In this document: one piece after another, positions 10,481-23,028 of the stretch
Layout: each line of letters starts with the position of its first letter
Numbering within the stretch: position 1 is the first letter of the stretch
NCBI GenBank assembly: GCA_000934665.2
Contig: JYFJ02001738.1
Span: 1-64,000, forward strand
From: Catajapyx aquilonaris
Taxonomy: Eukaryota
Reading direction: 5' to 3'
Length of the DNA: 64,000 bases
Translations under genes and position numbers: made by a program
Notes under the pieces: generated by a model
Database searches by the model: none
Told to the model about the DNA's origin: nothing
Seen by the model: the letters and a program-made list of their open reading frames with translations, nothing else

Positions 10481-13400
10481 CTGAAAAACGTCCAACCGAA
10501 TTCCGCTCAAGAGTGCAATAAAAGTTGGAGCTGACAGTTTTGTGTTCTTCGAGGGAGACTCCGCGACTATACGCATCATGGCCTAACTACCTTAATTACA
10601 TGGCAACTCAACTGTGGATTCATAGCTGGGAGTGACGCCCGGGCAAAGGCTGAAAGAACCTATAACACCAGCCAGAAAGTCGGAGCACGGCTTGGATTAG
10701 AGCTCCAATTTGGCCCCCACCTGCAGGCTCCGAGCAGGAGTTGCGGAGCCATTTTTTCCAGGAACGCGCTTGCAGCTCAATTTACCCCATTTTTTAGCCA
10801 ATTTTCCTTAGACTGTAATCAACTGTTGGCGAACGTGCATATATAGTTGGGGAAGTTTTTTGATGTTTCGCTTTTATCTTGACAATTCATTGCAGCGTGT
10901 GACCAGTCAGCGGAATGCCCTATGTTATTAAGGTTATTGCGCTACTCCATCTGCATGTTGTGTCGCACAGGCACATTTATTTATAAAAGTTGACTGTTTG
11001 ATGGCAATAGGTGATAGCTTACACATTATGGGAACTCATTTTGAACAAACAGTATCATCGTGGCCGGGTTCATCTTCAGGTCTATAATGACCTTTCTTTT
11101 TGGGAGCGAACTGGATGGAATTGGCTGGAGCATCTTCGGGCCACAAAGTGTCGTTACCATTCAATGGGTTGCGCCTACAGTGCATGGGGCTAATCTAGGA
11201 AGACTTTGAGAGAAAAGGGTTTTTTGCAGGAGGGTGCGAATGGTGCCGAGCTTGCACCGAGGCACCTGCAGCAGCAAGCCGGGGAAAACTAAACAGCCAT
11301 TTTCCTCGCCCAAAAATCCATCGCGTTTGCCAGCAGCCGAAGAACGTGCCCGACTTTATAATTTCTTTCCTTCCATTCTTTGCGGGTGACTGCATGCTGA
11401 ACACGACCAGTGCCATTCTGGATTTCCTGGTTGGCGGGGGGACGAGCCTCCGCCCAACTCCAAACAAAATTGTATTATCAAGCATGGGGCAAACTTGACT
11501 GAAATGAACACTGTAACTTGCTGGCTGGTGCTGCTGTGCGACGGTGCCTATTGTGTGGACATAGAATGTCCTTCTATGCAAGTCGTTTCCCATTAGGCAG
11601 CCAACTTGATCGAAATTGCGCGCACTTCGTCTTTTGTCTTGGGGAATTTGCCGGCAGGAAATCCATCATAAGTATAATGAAGTATTACCCGCATTTACAA
11701 TTTTTATGCAGAGCTCGAGGGGATGTGAGTCGCTCCCAGCAGCGCTCTGCTGCTGGTGCTATCGATTCACTAGTTCTTATTGTTCTCTCTGGATGAAGAG
11801 GAAAGTTTCAATCTTGTTTTTGGCTGCGAGTTCCTGCGCGCCCCCAGTTTTTAATACCGGAGCTTCGGGGATTTCAGAGGTTTCGGAAAATTGCGTCCCT
11901 CTGACGATTATTCCTGTAAAGGCAGGTCTCTCCCAGAAGAGCAAACTCTTCATGTGACAAATGCCGCTTCAAGTGCAGCAAAGGATTCGCCCCACCCCCC
12001 CCCCCCCAAAGGAAGGAAGGAAGGAAAGGCAAGGCAAGGCAGGAAGCAATCCATAGAATNTCTTCTTCTTCTCGTGGCCGACCGCTGCAGGTCCAAGTTG
12101 GAGGGTTGATGCAAAGGTTGATGCGTCGTTTCCAAAACGGAAACGAGGACATTTTGACGCCACCACCCGGAACACGACACACAGTGTTTGATATCAGGGA
12201 AAAAAAAACAAAAAAACGAAAATGATAGCTCCTCAACTAAAGGTGTGTTTATACCGTCTGGAAGTGCGCCCAGTTCCGGCGAACAAGGTGCTTTGGCAAC
12301 GTAAACCGTGGCCACCAGAAATAATGTCGCAAGGAATCGAGCGCCTTCGACCGCATTTCTCCCTAGGAGTCTTTTCTGCAAGGAGCAAGGAATTCCTAAC
12401 CTCTGCTGTGCCCCTGCTTCTCCTCCTTCCCCCATCTACCCACTCCCTCTGCCTATATTGGTCTGGTCACCCTGCTGAGAATTTTAAATATGACCAATCA
12501 GGGTCCGGGTGGAGCCTCCCCCCTTGCAAGCCTCCGTCTTCACCCATGCTTCACCTGGCNCGACTCCAGACTTCTACTTTGTACATCTACTATAGCGAAA
12601 AACTTTTCGCGGACTCCAAAACCATTTCAAGAGGATTCTTAGACTCCTTCTATAGGCAACAAGTTCAAATGTGTTTGCAGCTTTTTTTGTTGTTGTTGTT
12701 TCTGAAGGAAGGGTCGTCAACCAAGCCAGCTCATTTTATTAAAACGTCCAGCATAAAGTTCCTCTTCCATGTAAGAAACATATCCCGAAACGGGTGTGTC
12801 ACTCAGGGTTTTCTCTTCCTCAGAGTTTTTTTTTCTTCTTCTTTCTTCAGGAGTGCCTTCCCACTCTCTTCTCTTCCTTCCGAGCTGAGAAAGGAATGCC
12901 TATAATTCAATCTGCAGGTTGGAGTTATGTGGCGCAGGAGAGAGTCCTTTAATTCTTGCATCGCAGGCAATCCTGCGTGATTCTGTGCGAGTAAATAGTC
13001 CAGGCCGTAAGTTAGGGCCGGCAAGAGGACTCTCCCGAAAGGAAGGCGACAGGAACAAGATTCAAATCTTTGTCGAGTCAGCCCTTTGCAGCCGATTCAC
13101 CGTGCGCGGCCTGGCCTGAATAATCTCCCCATCCCCCCTTCCTGACCTGGACTTGATCTAGGCTTTCCTGTCCATCCGATATGCGGAAAAGGAGCATCAA
13201 TTTTCACGCCTATGCCAGCCAGGCCCAGTTTTCATATTCCTGTCTAGACTAGAAGGCCTGCTCAACAGCTTGATAACACCAGCCCTTCATCACCAGCTTG
13301 TGCGTGAATCTAAATGCCAGGTTTAAGCAAAGGGGGCCGACGGGTGAAAAGTGACGTGTCGTTAGTGTTATAGTGTCAGGTCAAGTGTTTGCAATCAGTC

Positions 13401-14584
13401 TTGCAATATACTGTACCATGCTACCTGCTGGAAAAACGGAATGGATTTGTGTCCCGTTTGTGACACCCAGAAGTGCCCCTTAATTAAAGTTACCCAGTCC
13501 AAATTGGGAGGCTATGAGGTTTCAAGCAGACTGTAATTACAACTGCAGCACTGGCATGAAAGTCATCGTCTAAATAATAATGCGCTACTCTGAAAGTTGG
13601 CATAGACCTATTCTGTATATACCTAAGGTCCCCCCTTCAGTGCTGCCTCTCAAGAAGACAAAAACAAGCAATGCATTTTCTGGCGGATGATACTGTGGTG
13701 AATTTAAAATAGCGCAGTCTGCTATGAATTTCAAAGATTATGCATCGTAATGTTGCATATTGTACAGTTCCACTTTGGCAAGTTATTTGATTCATATTTT
13801 CGGATTTGTTAAGCCACGACACACTATATGCTTCTGGAATTATCGGTTTTTGAGCGCTGCAGGGAAATATGAGGATTTAACTGGACCACAGAGCTGCGAT
13901 ACAGTGTTGTATTCCCAGGGGGGATTCTAACATGGCGATTATTTATCCGGCAATGGGCTGAGAATTTATTCTACAGTGTGTCCTACAGTATGTTTCGCAA
14001 ACATCAAAACATCGTAGTGGTATTCTTCCGTTCAGTTTTTGAAAAAAATAAACCTCAAATGAGCTTGAATATAATATTTTAGAGTGCCTTCAAAGAGGGC
14101 GCATTCCATTACTAGCGAAAATACTACTTTAGCCTCGCACATCAAATGTAACTTCCATCTGCACGACTGACTGGTGTGTGGAATTGACAGGGCATTGTAG
14201 ACATTCCTTTCAAAATTCATGACTATATGTGCTTAACCCGGAGCGTGGGCTCAGCTCTGCTTCATACATGGCGAATATACCAAAGCGTTATATTGCAGCA
14301 TTCCAAAAGTACTGCCGTTTTTTAAAAAAAAGATAGAATTTTTCAAAAATTCAACATAGCAACATGATGGCACAGGTATTTAGTTACTTCTGGATACAAA
14401 CCAGCATTTTGGAACCGAGTCGCCATATTTTGTAAGTCGATCATTCTCACTACCAACCCTATTTATTCGTCTCTTGGTCACTACCTAAGCGCTGACCTGC
14501 CATAGAAATTGCCGAAGTTGGCGAAACAAGTGAAGGTCAGTCTGGACTGTTTGAAAAATGCCCAAAGTTAATGTGCAGTGGCAG

Positions 14585-14948
14585 GGGGAGGTGTGGTGGC
14601 CGTGATGGTAACGTCTCGGCTTGCTGAGTGAAAGGCCCCAGGTTCGATCCCCGCCTGGGGAACTTTCCTTTCACCTGCGTCAGGAGGGTCTCAGACCTGC
14701 ACCTTGGAGGTGTCTGGCAACCTAACCTCCTGGGGAACAGCACATGACCCCTTTACAGACCTTGCACTTGCACCCTATGTTCCCTCCTCAAAAATCCCTA
14801 TCCTTACCCTACATCCTTGACTCCTTGCACCGGTGAATGAAGTTAATATATGAAAATGGAGTGAAATGGTGGTATTCCACCCCCCTAAAAAGGCTCAGCC
14901 TTATCACGGGGTAACGTAAAATTAATAATAATAATAATAATAATAATA
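14585..14948 (+). mobile_element. tRNA-derived SINE, full length
   Basis: Pol III A box TGGCCGTGATGG (14597-14608) and B box GGTTCGATCC (14641-14650), a (TAA)n tail, and a 15-bp TSD aatgtgcagtggcag at 14570-14584 and 14949-14963. A second copy starts at 40093. Confidence 0.92.
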
Positions 14949-16006
14949 AATGTGCAGTGGCAGTTAAATATACGGAACATTATGCTATGCTGATTTTAGC
15001 AGGAAATTCTTACGACCAAAAGGTATAATTACTTATGTCTGGAATGCGGTAATAAATACGCCAACAGCACACCGAACATTCATATTCCACAATAGTCTTT
15101 GCCAGTCGACGTCACTCCCAACCACGACACAATGATAGATGCGAGTTCAAAAATAATATTTTCAAATCCGTCATGACTTTGCCAAGAAAAGAACCCGCAG
15201 CGGAAGCTACTCAACGAATCGCTCCTCCAATGTCATCTACGTGTTTGCCACCCAACACCCAGAATGCCCGTTGCGAAATATGAATCCATAATATTTCTTG
15301 AAAGCTCCTCCGTTTTTCCTTCTGCCAAAAAGTCAAATAGATATTTTCAAAGGTGCCCCCNCCCCCCCCCCCGTTTTTTTTTTCCTAAAGAAAGAAGCGA
15401 GAAAAGAATATCTCTCCGATAGAGAGTCGCGCGCAAATTGAAGCGAGCTAGGATCCATTTCATCTTCTTGCTTTTCTTTTCTTTTTCTTCTGTGGTTCCA
15501 GTCGGTAAGGCGCCTGAAGATTCCAGTATATGATAGTATCTGTATGGAATTAAGTCCTGCAGTCACCACATGGGAATAACATTAATCGGTTCCTGTCCAG
15601 CCGAACTGGGAGGCTCTTCCGGATTTGCAGCCGGAATAGGCCGCAGAACACCATTCGGAATTGAATGAATCCGGAGCGATGCAGAACGAGGAGCCGCCAT
15701 TGGAAATCGAATCAAGTTCCTCCTCGGCCCCCAGGAAAAGAGCCCCGGAGCTCCAGAGTTCGATTCCCAGGTAATGTGTAAGCTTTGTCAACGTCACAGG
15801 AGCTCTTTTTTCCGGCCCTTCCACCAGCCAGCACGTGATTCTCGCCACTTTAGGGATTTTCGCGCTCGGGTTTGGGTTCGACTCAAAACTGGTTGGCAGA
15901 GTCCAAAAAAAGAGAGAATGGATCCGATATATTTTTTTAAAACCCATTGACCTGGGAGTAGTAACCTTTTTGTGGGACACTCAGCTTCTTTGGTAATGTT
16001 TCTTAC

Positions 16007-16129
16007 CTTTGAGCCAAAATGGTGTGCTGGGAGGATTGGCATCCACGTCGCACTTGAGGGCCAGAGCAATCCCTTCACGGATAGGATACCCGAACCCGGG
16101 TATCCGGCTGATAATGAATGAAGGGCTGT
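16007..16129 (-). CDS. tei: Internal coding exon C: N-terminal half of Ig domain 3
   Basis: Acceptor ttttcctctgttcttcccccccgacag|AC and donor AAA G|GTAAGA; 123 nt, phase 1-1. Encodes YSPSFIISRIPGFGYPIREGIALALKCDVDANPPSTPFWLK. The PGFGxP...LKCDVDxNPPSTPxW motif is recalled from CG17716 (tei/fas). Confidence 0.92.
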
Positions 16130-18600
16130 CTGTCGGGGGGGAAGAACAGAGGAAAATGAGGTTCAGAGTATGCATCGTATACAACAACCAGAGTTGCTCA
16201 TCAGCTCCAGCTAAAGCGCGATACTCGAGCTAGAAAATTGATATGCGTTTCACATTCCTCGCCAGGCCGAATGGCCCAATTAGGCCATTTAACAGGCATT
16301 ATTAAAGTCGCATTGCCTCGTAGCCCAAACAATTTGCGGGGCAATAAGAAAACGAGGTGATGAAGTTGGAGCTCTTGGCGCGCCCTTTCAGACCTCGTCA
16401 CAAATATAATAATCGGGCCGTAAACGCGACAGGGTCTAGACACCCCGTTGACAAGGCGGCTCCAACTCTCCCCACAACCCAGCACTCACCGGTTTGCTGC
16501 AAATTACTTTCCATTCAGACGGCGTAAACCAATAACCGAAACCATGTGGGCAAAAGCGCGCATTGACTATCTGCTCTCGTTCAAGCCCTCATTACCACTC
16601 GGCAATCAAATTTCCAAAGCTGGGCACACTGAATAATTCATCTTAAATGGACTGTCACCAGTGGTTCATATTGACGCGAATTGTCGCCATTTCAAACTGG
16701 ACTGGACAGCTTGAGCAATGCTGGTGAACACGCCATAATTAGCTGCCTTCACGGCAATCATGCTATGCCTGCTTTTTTTAAAGGTTATTTTCGCTTGCTT
16801 TCTCCCCTTGACGAACGACTTGTACACCACAGTAGTTTCGAAAATTGCGCGCACAAGTCTAGTCTGAGCCATTACCCTGCACTCTCATTATTCCGGGTGG
16901 CAAAGTCCCCCTTTGCGAGTAAATCCGAACGTAAAACATGTCTGACCCAGCGGGCCACAGAAGCGAGAGGGGCCAGACCAAACCTATATCATCAATAATT
17001 CGGCACTATAGGGAGAGTATTTCAATCAATGCAAAGGATGGCGATGCCTAAACATTACCCTCCATCCTCTATACTTCTCTCCCCCCCTGTCCCCCCCTGC
17101 CCCCCATCCTCACAAACTCAAGAATAATGCGGCCCAGGCTCGGTCGGATGGAGTCCTAGGGGGATTCCAGAGAAATGCTTTGCTATTCTCGGCGTGGAGC
17201 TCCGGATCTCTCCATAACTCTCCAGGCCAGAGATACCTATATACTTACAGGAGAGAATTCCCGGTCTCTGGAGGCCAAGGAGCGGTTCTTGGTCTGGATC
17301 AGATGGATCTTCCCCCCTCTCTCTGTATTATGCATCTTCGGGGGGGCATCGGCAAGGCCCTCTGATGGAGACGGCAAGGGGCCGATCACTAATCACTTCT
17401 GTCACTATCTTTAGGCCAGGAGTGTGGGATGCTGGATAGCAACTAGCTAGTGCTGTGATTTACTCAAGTTTGCAATTCATGAAGCCTGAAGTGAACATTG
17501 ACTTGCACACAATGGCTTCATTCACAACGTTGCTCGGATTATGTTGTGAAAGCGATGCTCAACTGCCGTGATTGAACTCCATCAATGCGTGAAAATGCCA
17601 AACCAAAACAGTACGATTATTCACAAACTGGACAATTGTTGACTCTTCGACATAAATATTTCAGGCGGCAGTCTACCAAAATGATAATGCTGAGCCAATG
17701 GAATGTGATGATAATTATGTCCCGAAACAAAGTCGCTAAATTGCTCATTAGCGTAAAATAACTGCGCGCTTGTCATGGAAACAGTCGATCGCATTTCATG
17801 CGACAGCGTGTGTGTAAACACGAGACTCCCACTGCCTACTTTACAATAATAAAAGCTTACCCGACTAAAAATGCATGGTATACGTTCTGCCTTTCAAGAC
17901 TTGTTTTGCATCGGGGTGGATACAAATGCACAAGTCCAGTGTATACGCTTCTAGAGGGTTTATAGCCTCTGGTGACATATTGGAACATCCGCTCTCACCC
18001 CAACCGCCCAAATAATTACTAATCATTACCATTCCCATTCCCACAATTGAACGGCTGGAGTGTAACTGCATAGTGCTAATACCTTCAACAGAACGCAGTT
18101 TAAAGGCCTATTATCATTAAGATAAATGTTCAGTAGATGAATCTAGAATTACTAGACCTGGACTTGGCAGCTTATGCGTCTAGTCCCCTAATGCATTGGC
18201 AATGAGGCTCCATATCACCGGAACAAAATTAGGTTCTAAAACCTGTTTTTCAGCGAAAAATATTCTATACGAAGGATGCAACTAACTGTTCCATCTCAGC
18301 CACAAAGACTCAACTGTACAAAACAACGGTGCCCAGCTTGACTCATCGACATTTTGGCACTGAGTTTCTTTGTCCTAAACAGTTACTTTTAGCGCCAGTA
18401 AAAATGTTAACTGCTGATATTAAGTGAAAACACTCTTGTTGATCACTGCAACCCGTGGCTGTGAGGCTGGGCTAGTGGTTTCAAATGATTCATTCCACCT
18501 TTATCGAAACCTGCTTCTTATAAAGCACACTACAACACATTATTTCAAAATTATCAACTAAGTTAGTATTATTCCAGTAAGTAATGTAAAAAATACTTAC

Positions 18601-18939
18601 ATTCAATATTGAGCCTGACCGATGCATTCCGTGGCCCATCCCAACTGACGTGATGCACTACGCACTGCACACTCTTGTTATGATGTTCGCGGGTGAGGTT
18701 GTCCAGCCTGAGCTCACTTTTGGTATAGTAGGCCTTCTCCTTCTTGGCATAATCAGCCAAAGTCTGACTAGAATTGGTGACATTAGCCATCCCCACAACA
18801 TACCACTCCACTCGCGGGGGTGGATTCCCACCATTCACCAAGCAACTTATGACCAGTCCTCCTTTCTCACGCGAGGTCAGACGGGCTTCTTTGGCCAGAC
18901 GACGCCCTTCGTATTGGACAAACACGTCCCTCGGCGTGT
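18601..18939 (-). CDS. tei: Internal coding exon B: Ig domain 2 (C2/CD80-like)
   Basis: Acceptor tctctggtttttgtttttcag|AC and donor GAA T|GTAAGT; 339 nt, phase 1-1. Encodes DTPRDVFVQYEGRRL...LVISCLVNGGNPPPRVEWY...SELRLDNLTREHHNKSVQCVVHHVSW...VRLNIE. It has the typical C-xxxGGNPPP-xxxW...C pattern and several N-glycosylation sequons (NVT, NSS, NLT, NKS, NAS). Confidence 0.92.
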
Positions 18940-21900
18940 CTGAAAAACAAAAACCAGAGAGGGGAAAAATTGGAGCGGGAATGAGAGAGAAAACAAACGA
19001 CCTGGATTAGTACAAACCGGCCATAACTTAAAAACGTGGAGAGTAACGATCCCATTTCCGCGAAATAAAATACGCATCATGACAACTATAGGTTGCATGC
19101 AAGCTTTCCCACGAATGGCCGCGCGGGGTTTGATGATCTATGAGGATCATGCTTCAACCACCGTGACGTGAACTGGTGTAACCGACGACCAACAATAGGT
19201 TCCCGCATTATGCTGCGAGGGGGCAAATTGGACTAATATTATTTTTGCTTATGCCTATAGGAAAATGGCTGAATGCGACCGAGGGAATCATTGCTGGCCA
19301 ACATGCATCACTGGCTGGGATTCGTCGCTTGGTACATGATGTGTCAGCAGGTTGTGATTTGATCGGTTAGTTGTGAGTTGGACGTTTTGCTAGGAGATGG
19401 CGTGGATACAGGGGGTGGTGGGCCTATAGGGAGCTTGGTTTATAATCAGTCGTGAGACAGCCGGAGACGAGGCTGTTGTTAGCAACTTGTGTATTATTGG
19501 ACCACGGCCACACGACCCTGAGTGACTCTTGTTAGTAGAAGTGACTTAGGGAGGTCACAGTGTGAATGCACCCCCAATTGCCCAATCCACGTATATCATT
19601 TTGATTGGCTAACTCTGTGTATTCTCAGTTTTCCAGCAGCGACGCTAGCTGCACGGAAGAGCCGCGTTTACTAGGACAATTGTGCAATTTCCCAGATAGT
19701 GAAATAACCGTGAATCTAGAAAACAGCTCCATTTACATTCGGAATCGCCCACTTTTGAACCATCTTTTTCCCCAGTCCCGGGCACATTTCCAGTTGCATT
19801 AGACCTAATTTTGCGGGTATTTCGGAAGGGAGGAAAATTGGCCGGATGGGAATTGGCGGCAAATTATTTCGCCAAGTCTTGTTCGCCAATTCTTCTCGAA
19901 AAAAAAATCTGCAGGATTTTGGTTGGTGCCCTTACAACATTTACCCAACAGGGTTTAGCGGGTCGCCTTTCAGCCGCGGGATAAATAGCAGCCATCCATC
20001 TTCGGGCGTCTCTTAATTTATTCCCGATTCCGCGCTTGTTCAACGCGACAATGCATTTACTCTTGGTCTATGCAGACTCCGCTTTCATTATGCAGCTTTG
20101 AAATTCTAAACTTCGACACCCGGGAATTATCCGCTGAACCTGCAGGAATTTAGGCCAACACGTTTATGCCTTGGCGCCGAAATTAATCGCCCGACTCGCA
20201 GTCAAATGGATCTGCTCAACACTGCGGATGCACAATTTTTTTAAAGCTAAAAAAAAAACTATGGGAGGTCCAGTAGACACCGATCTGTTATATGGGTTCT
20301 ACATATCACACGGCGGGGGTTTTAGTCCTGGACAAATGTGAGCCACACATCTCACGAGGTCGGCTCGTTTCCAGTGGACTGTGGCCGCCGAGTTGGTGGT
20401 CAACTGAATGACCCGGACCCCCACTTTTGATGGGGGGGGAGGGGGGGGTTGGGTCCTAGTCAAAGTCCACTCTAACTGCGAGTCATTATGAAACAAATGC
20501 ATAACCGCGGCCGTAATTAGGGACTCACCGGATGTGTCCCGTCATAAGTCTGTCACGCACGTATTTAAACGGGAGTTAACTTTCCCCCCGTTCCAACACT
20601 GGGCTGACCACAATGCAGACCTGGTACAAATCATGGAGGCTATAACCGCTCAGCACACCGTGGCAACATATTGACACTGCGTCACGTCGGGGTTCTAATA
20701 ATATTGAGTGTACATGGGTTTCATTAAAAACTCGTTTTAATTTGATGCGGGGTGCTGTAGCGTCACGTAATTAGTGAGAATGGAAAAAAAGGTCTGGTAC
20801 CGACACCCTATATATGCAGAGCGAATCAAAGCTGTTTCCCACCGCTGATTTGTGCCTCACCCTGTAGCTCCCCACAGGGGTCGCAGTGAGAAATAGAGCC
20901 ATTTTCTTCTTTTTATCCTCGATTCTGTTGCAAACTTGTCCAGCCGATGAGACTCGGAAGTGCCTCCCGCATCTCGCTTTTCCAAGAGCGGTAGCGCACA
21001 ATTTTCTTCAGCAACCCGTGATGATGTTGACAGTGGGCCATGAAAGCGGAAATGAAGCCTTGGGGAGAAAATAATCGTTTCGAGAGGCAGTGGCCAGGAA
21101 ACCCCCGCGAACAAGGAGCCCCTTTGAGTAGCTTCCCGGTCATATATACTTCATTCTGTACGGTTTTCTCACAAAGTCTAGCTACCGGAATATATAGGCT
21201 TTTCTTTGCCTCTTGTCCGTTTGTAACTCGTGATGAGTCTTTGTAGCCTGACGCTTTTTTACTGCCACCTTTAAGTAGAGCAGCTGTCTTTGTAGGTGTA
21301 AAAACTACAGTTCTTGTCATTCACTACAGTATGTTATTTTTGTATAATAAATTTCATCTAAAGCGGAGGATGATAACTGGTTGATATATCATAGGACAAT
21401 TTTTTGTGTTAAAAATTATTCCAATAAAACTCGCATATTTACTGCTGGTATCCTCAACGCCGGACAGTAAGAGCATTTTTTTTGGTTGGAACTTGAAAAT
21501 GCGCTGCTCTCGATGAATATTATATCGAATAAATATCCATTCACTATAGGGAGCATTAGGCAATATAGGCAGCTGTTTCAATACTGTAAGGCAGACCAGT
21601 AGATGCACCCTAGGGAAAGCCTCCAGAAAGTGGTCGCGTCTGGAATTTACAAAAGATCGAGCCCAATAGCCCGAAAGTCAGGAAATTTTTTAATAATATG
21701 CGGTTCGGATATACTTCTCCATATTCGGCCTGAATTTTGACGGTCTGCACTATGTGCATAAAGATACACCGGAATGATGATAATGCTGAATATTTGTTAT
21801 GCTAAAGAAAATATTCGCTGCATTGCGTGGTATAGAAAGAAAATATATCAACATGGGTTGGTTGGGTACTAAAATGTTATTTAGATTGAATTTGGATAAT

Positions 21901-22836
21901 AATGATAATAGCAACCAAAATGGACAAGTGCAGTGTTACAATCATCATCATTGTAATGGAGATCTGCATCAATTTAGTAAATTACAGGCTGGACTAGTTC
22001 CGATTGTTGACTGAATTGATGTGGAACGATCCAATATAGGACCTGAGAATATTTTTATGCTCAAAAGTTGGTTATCAGAGTTGAAAAATTTGCATTATTT
22101 CTTCTTAAAAATTCAAAATATAAGTTATATATGCAATAGTTGACAGATTTTTTTAAAACTGACATCAGATGCGAAGATATTCACGGTACAATTATTAGAG
22201 TAAACTGGGGGAGAAAAATAAACACCTCTCACTAAGCAATGACAAGTAGGGTTGTTTCGAAAAGTAGGGCCTGAGAAAACCTTCCAGCCAGTCATGACAG
22301 TGTATAAGCTATTGTTTCTAAGATGGACAGGTCAGATACCATATATAGTATCGTCGCCTCGTTGAAGGATTACTCGGAAGACGGATCTGATCGAAATCCG
22401 CTCAAGGAATATCCCACTAAAGTCAATCGGAACTTTCTTCTTTATATCGGCAATTTCTCTTCTAACTCCGGCCCCAAGACCACAAAGTAAAACAAATCAT
22501 ACAGTTTCTGCCTCTGTGTATAGGTCGGTAGGCTATTAGAACTGCAAACACATTCATATTAACGTAGTTTTTTCCCTAGATTTACCCGCGGGCGTATATA
22601 GGCACATGCGTAATGATTGTAGTAGCCAAATTGAATATTCAAGACTCCTATATGCCTTATAATTGGTAAAAGCGGTATAAGTTAATTGGGGCCCGCACAA
22701 TTGAGTATGTATGCGCTGGTGCGATGTTATTGTTCTCCTTTGAATAGTGTGCTGAGAATAGCTTAATAATTAGCATTTGCATCAGCTTCTGTCCGCCTGG
22801 CAAACGTGATGACTATGTACTGTACGTACATAGTAT

Positions 22837-23028
22837 TGTGATAACGGCATTTATCCTCTTTTGGAAATTGTCCCTGTCCTTGTGCGCCATGTTGTGGCTG
22901 AAATATTGTATATAAGGAGCGGGACTGCTGAACTCGACCTTCTTATGCTCCTCTCCTGCTTGACTGTAACCTCAGAAAGCCACAGACGTGTTGTTGATCA
23001 CCAGTCCGAGTATCATTTACTGAACCCA
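22837..23028 (+). mobile_element. Possible solo LTR (short, Gypsy-like)
   Basis: TG...CA termini flanked by a 4-bp direct repeat gtat (22833-22836 and 23029-23032), with an internal TATA-like tatataag near 22908. No second copy in the window confirms it. Confidence 0.35.

Noticed and set aside
12222..12905. 227-aa plus-strand ORF
   Set aside because: Low-complexity F/L/S-rich translation driven by homopolymer runs, contains an ambiguous base, and shows no motif or splice support.
14585..14665. Functional tRNA gene (also at 40093)
   Set aside because: The A/B-box head continues into a shared ~250-bp body with a tail and TSD, so it is a SINE.
11990..15380. Long C runs and ambiguous bases (12060, 12560, 15361) as G-quadruplex or regulatory signals
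   Set aside because: Homopolymer lengths near ambiguous bases are unreliable in this assembly, and there is no patterned multi-tract motif.
15582..15980. 132-aa minus-strand ORF just downstream of exon C as a further Ig exon
   Set aside because: No Ig motif or convincing splice sites, and exon C joins cleanly to exon D at 10480 to complete the domain.
19353..19559. TGTGA...TCACA segment as a solo LTR
   Set aside because: No matching target-site duplication and no second copy.
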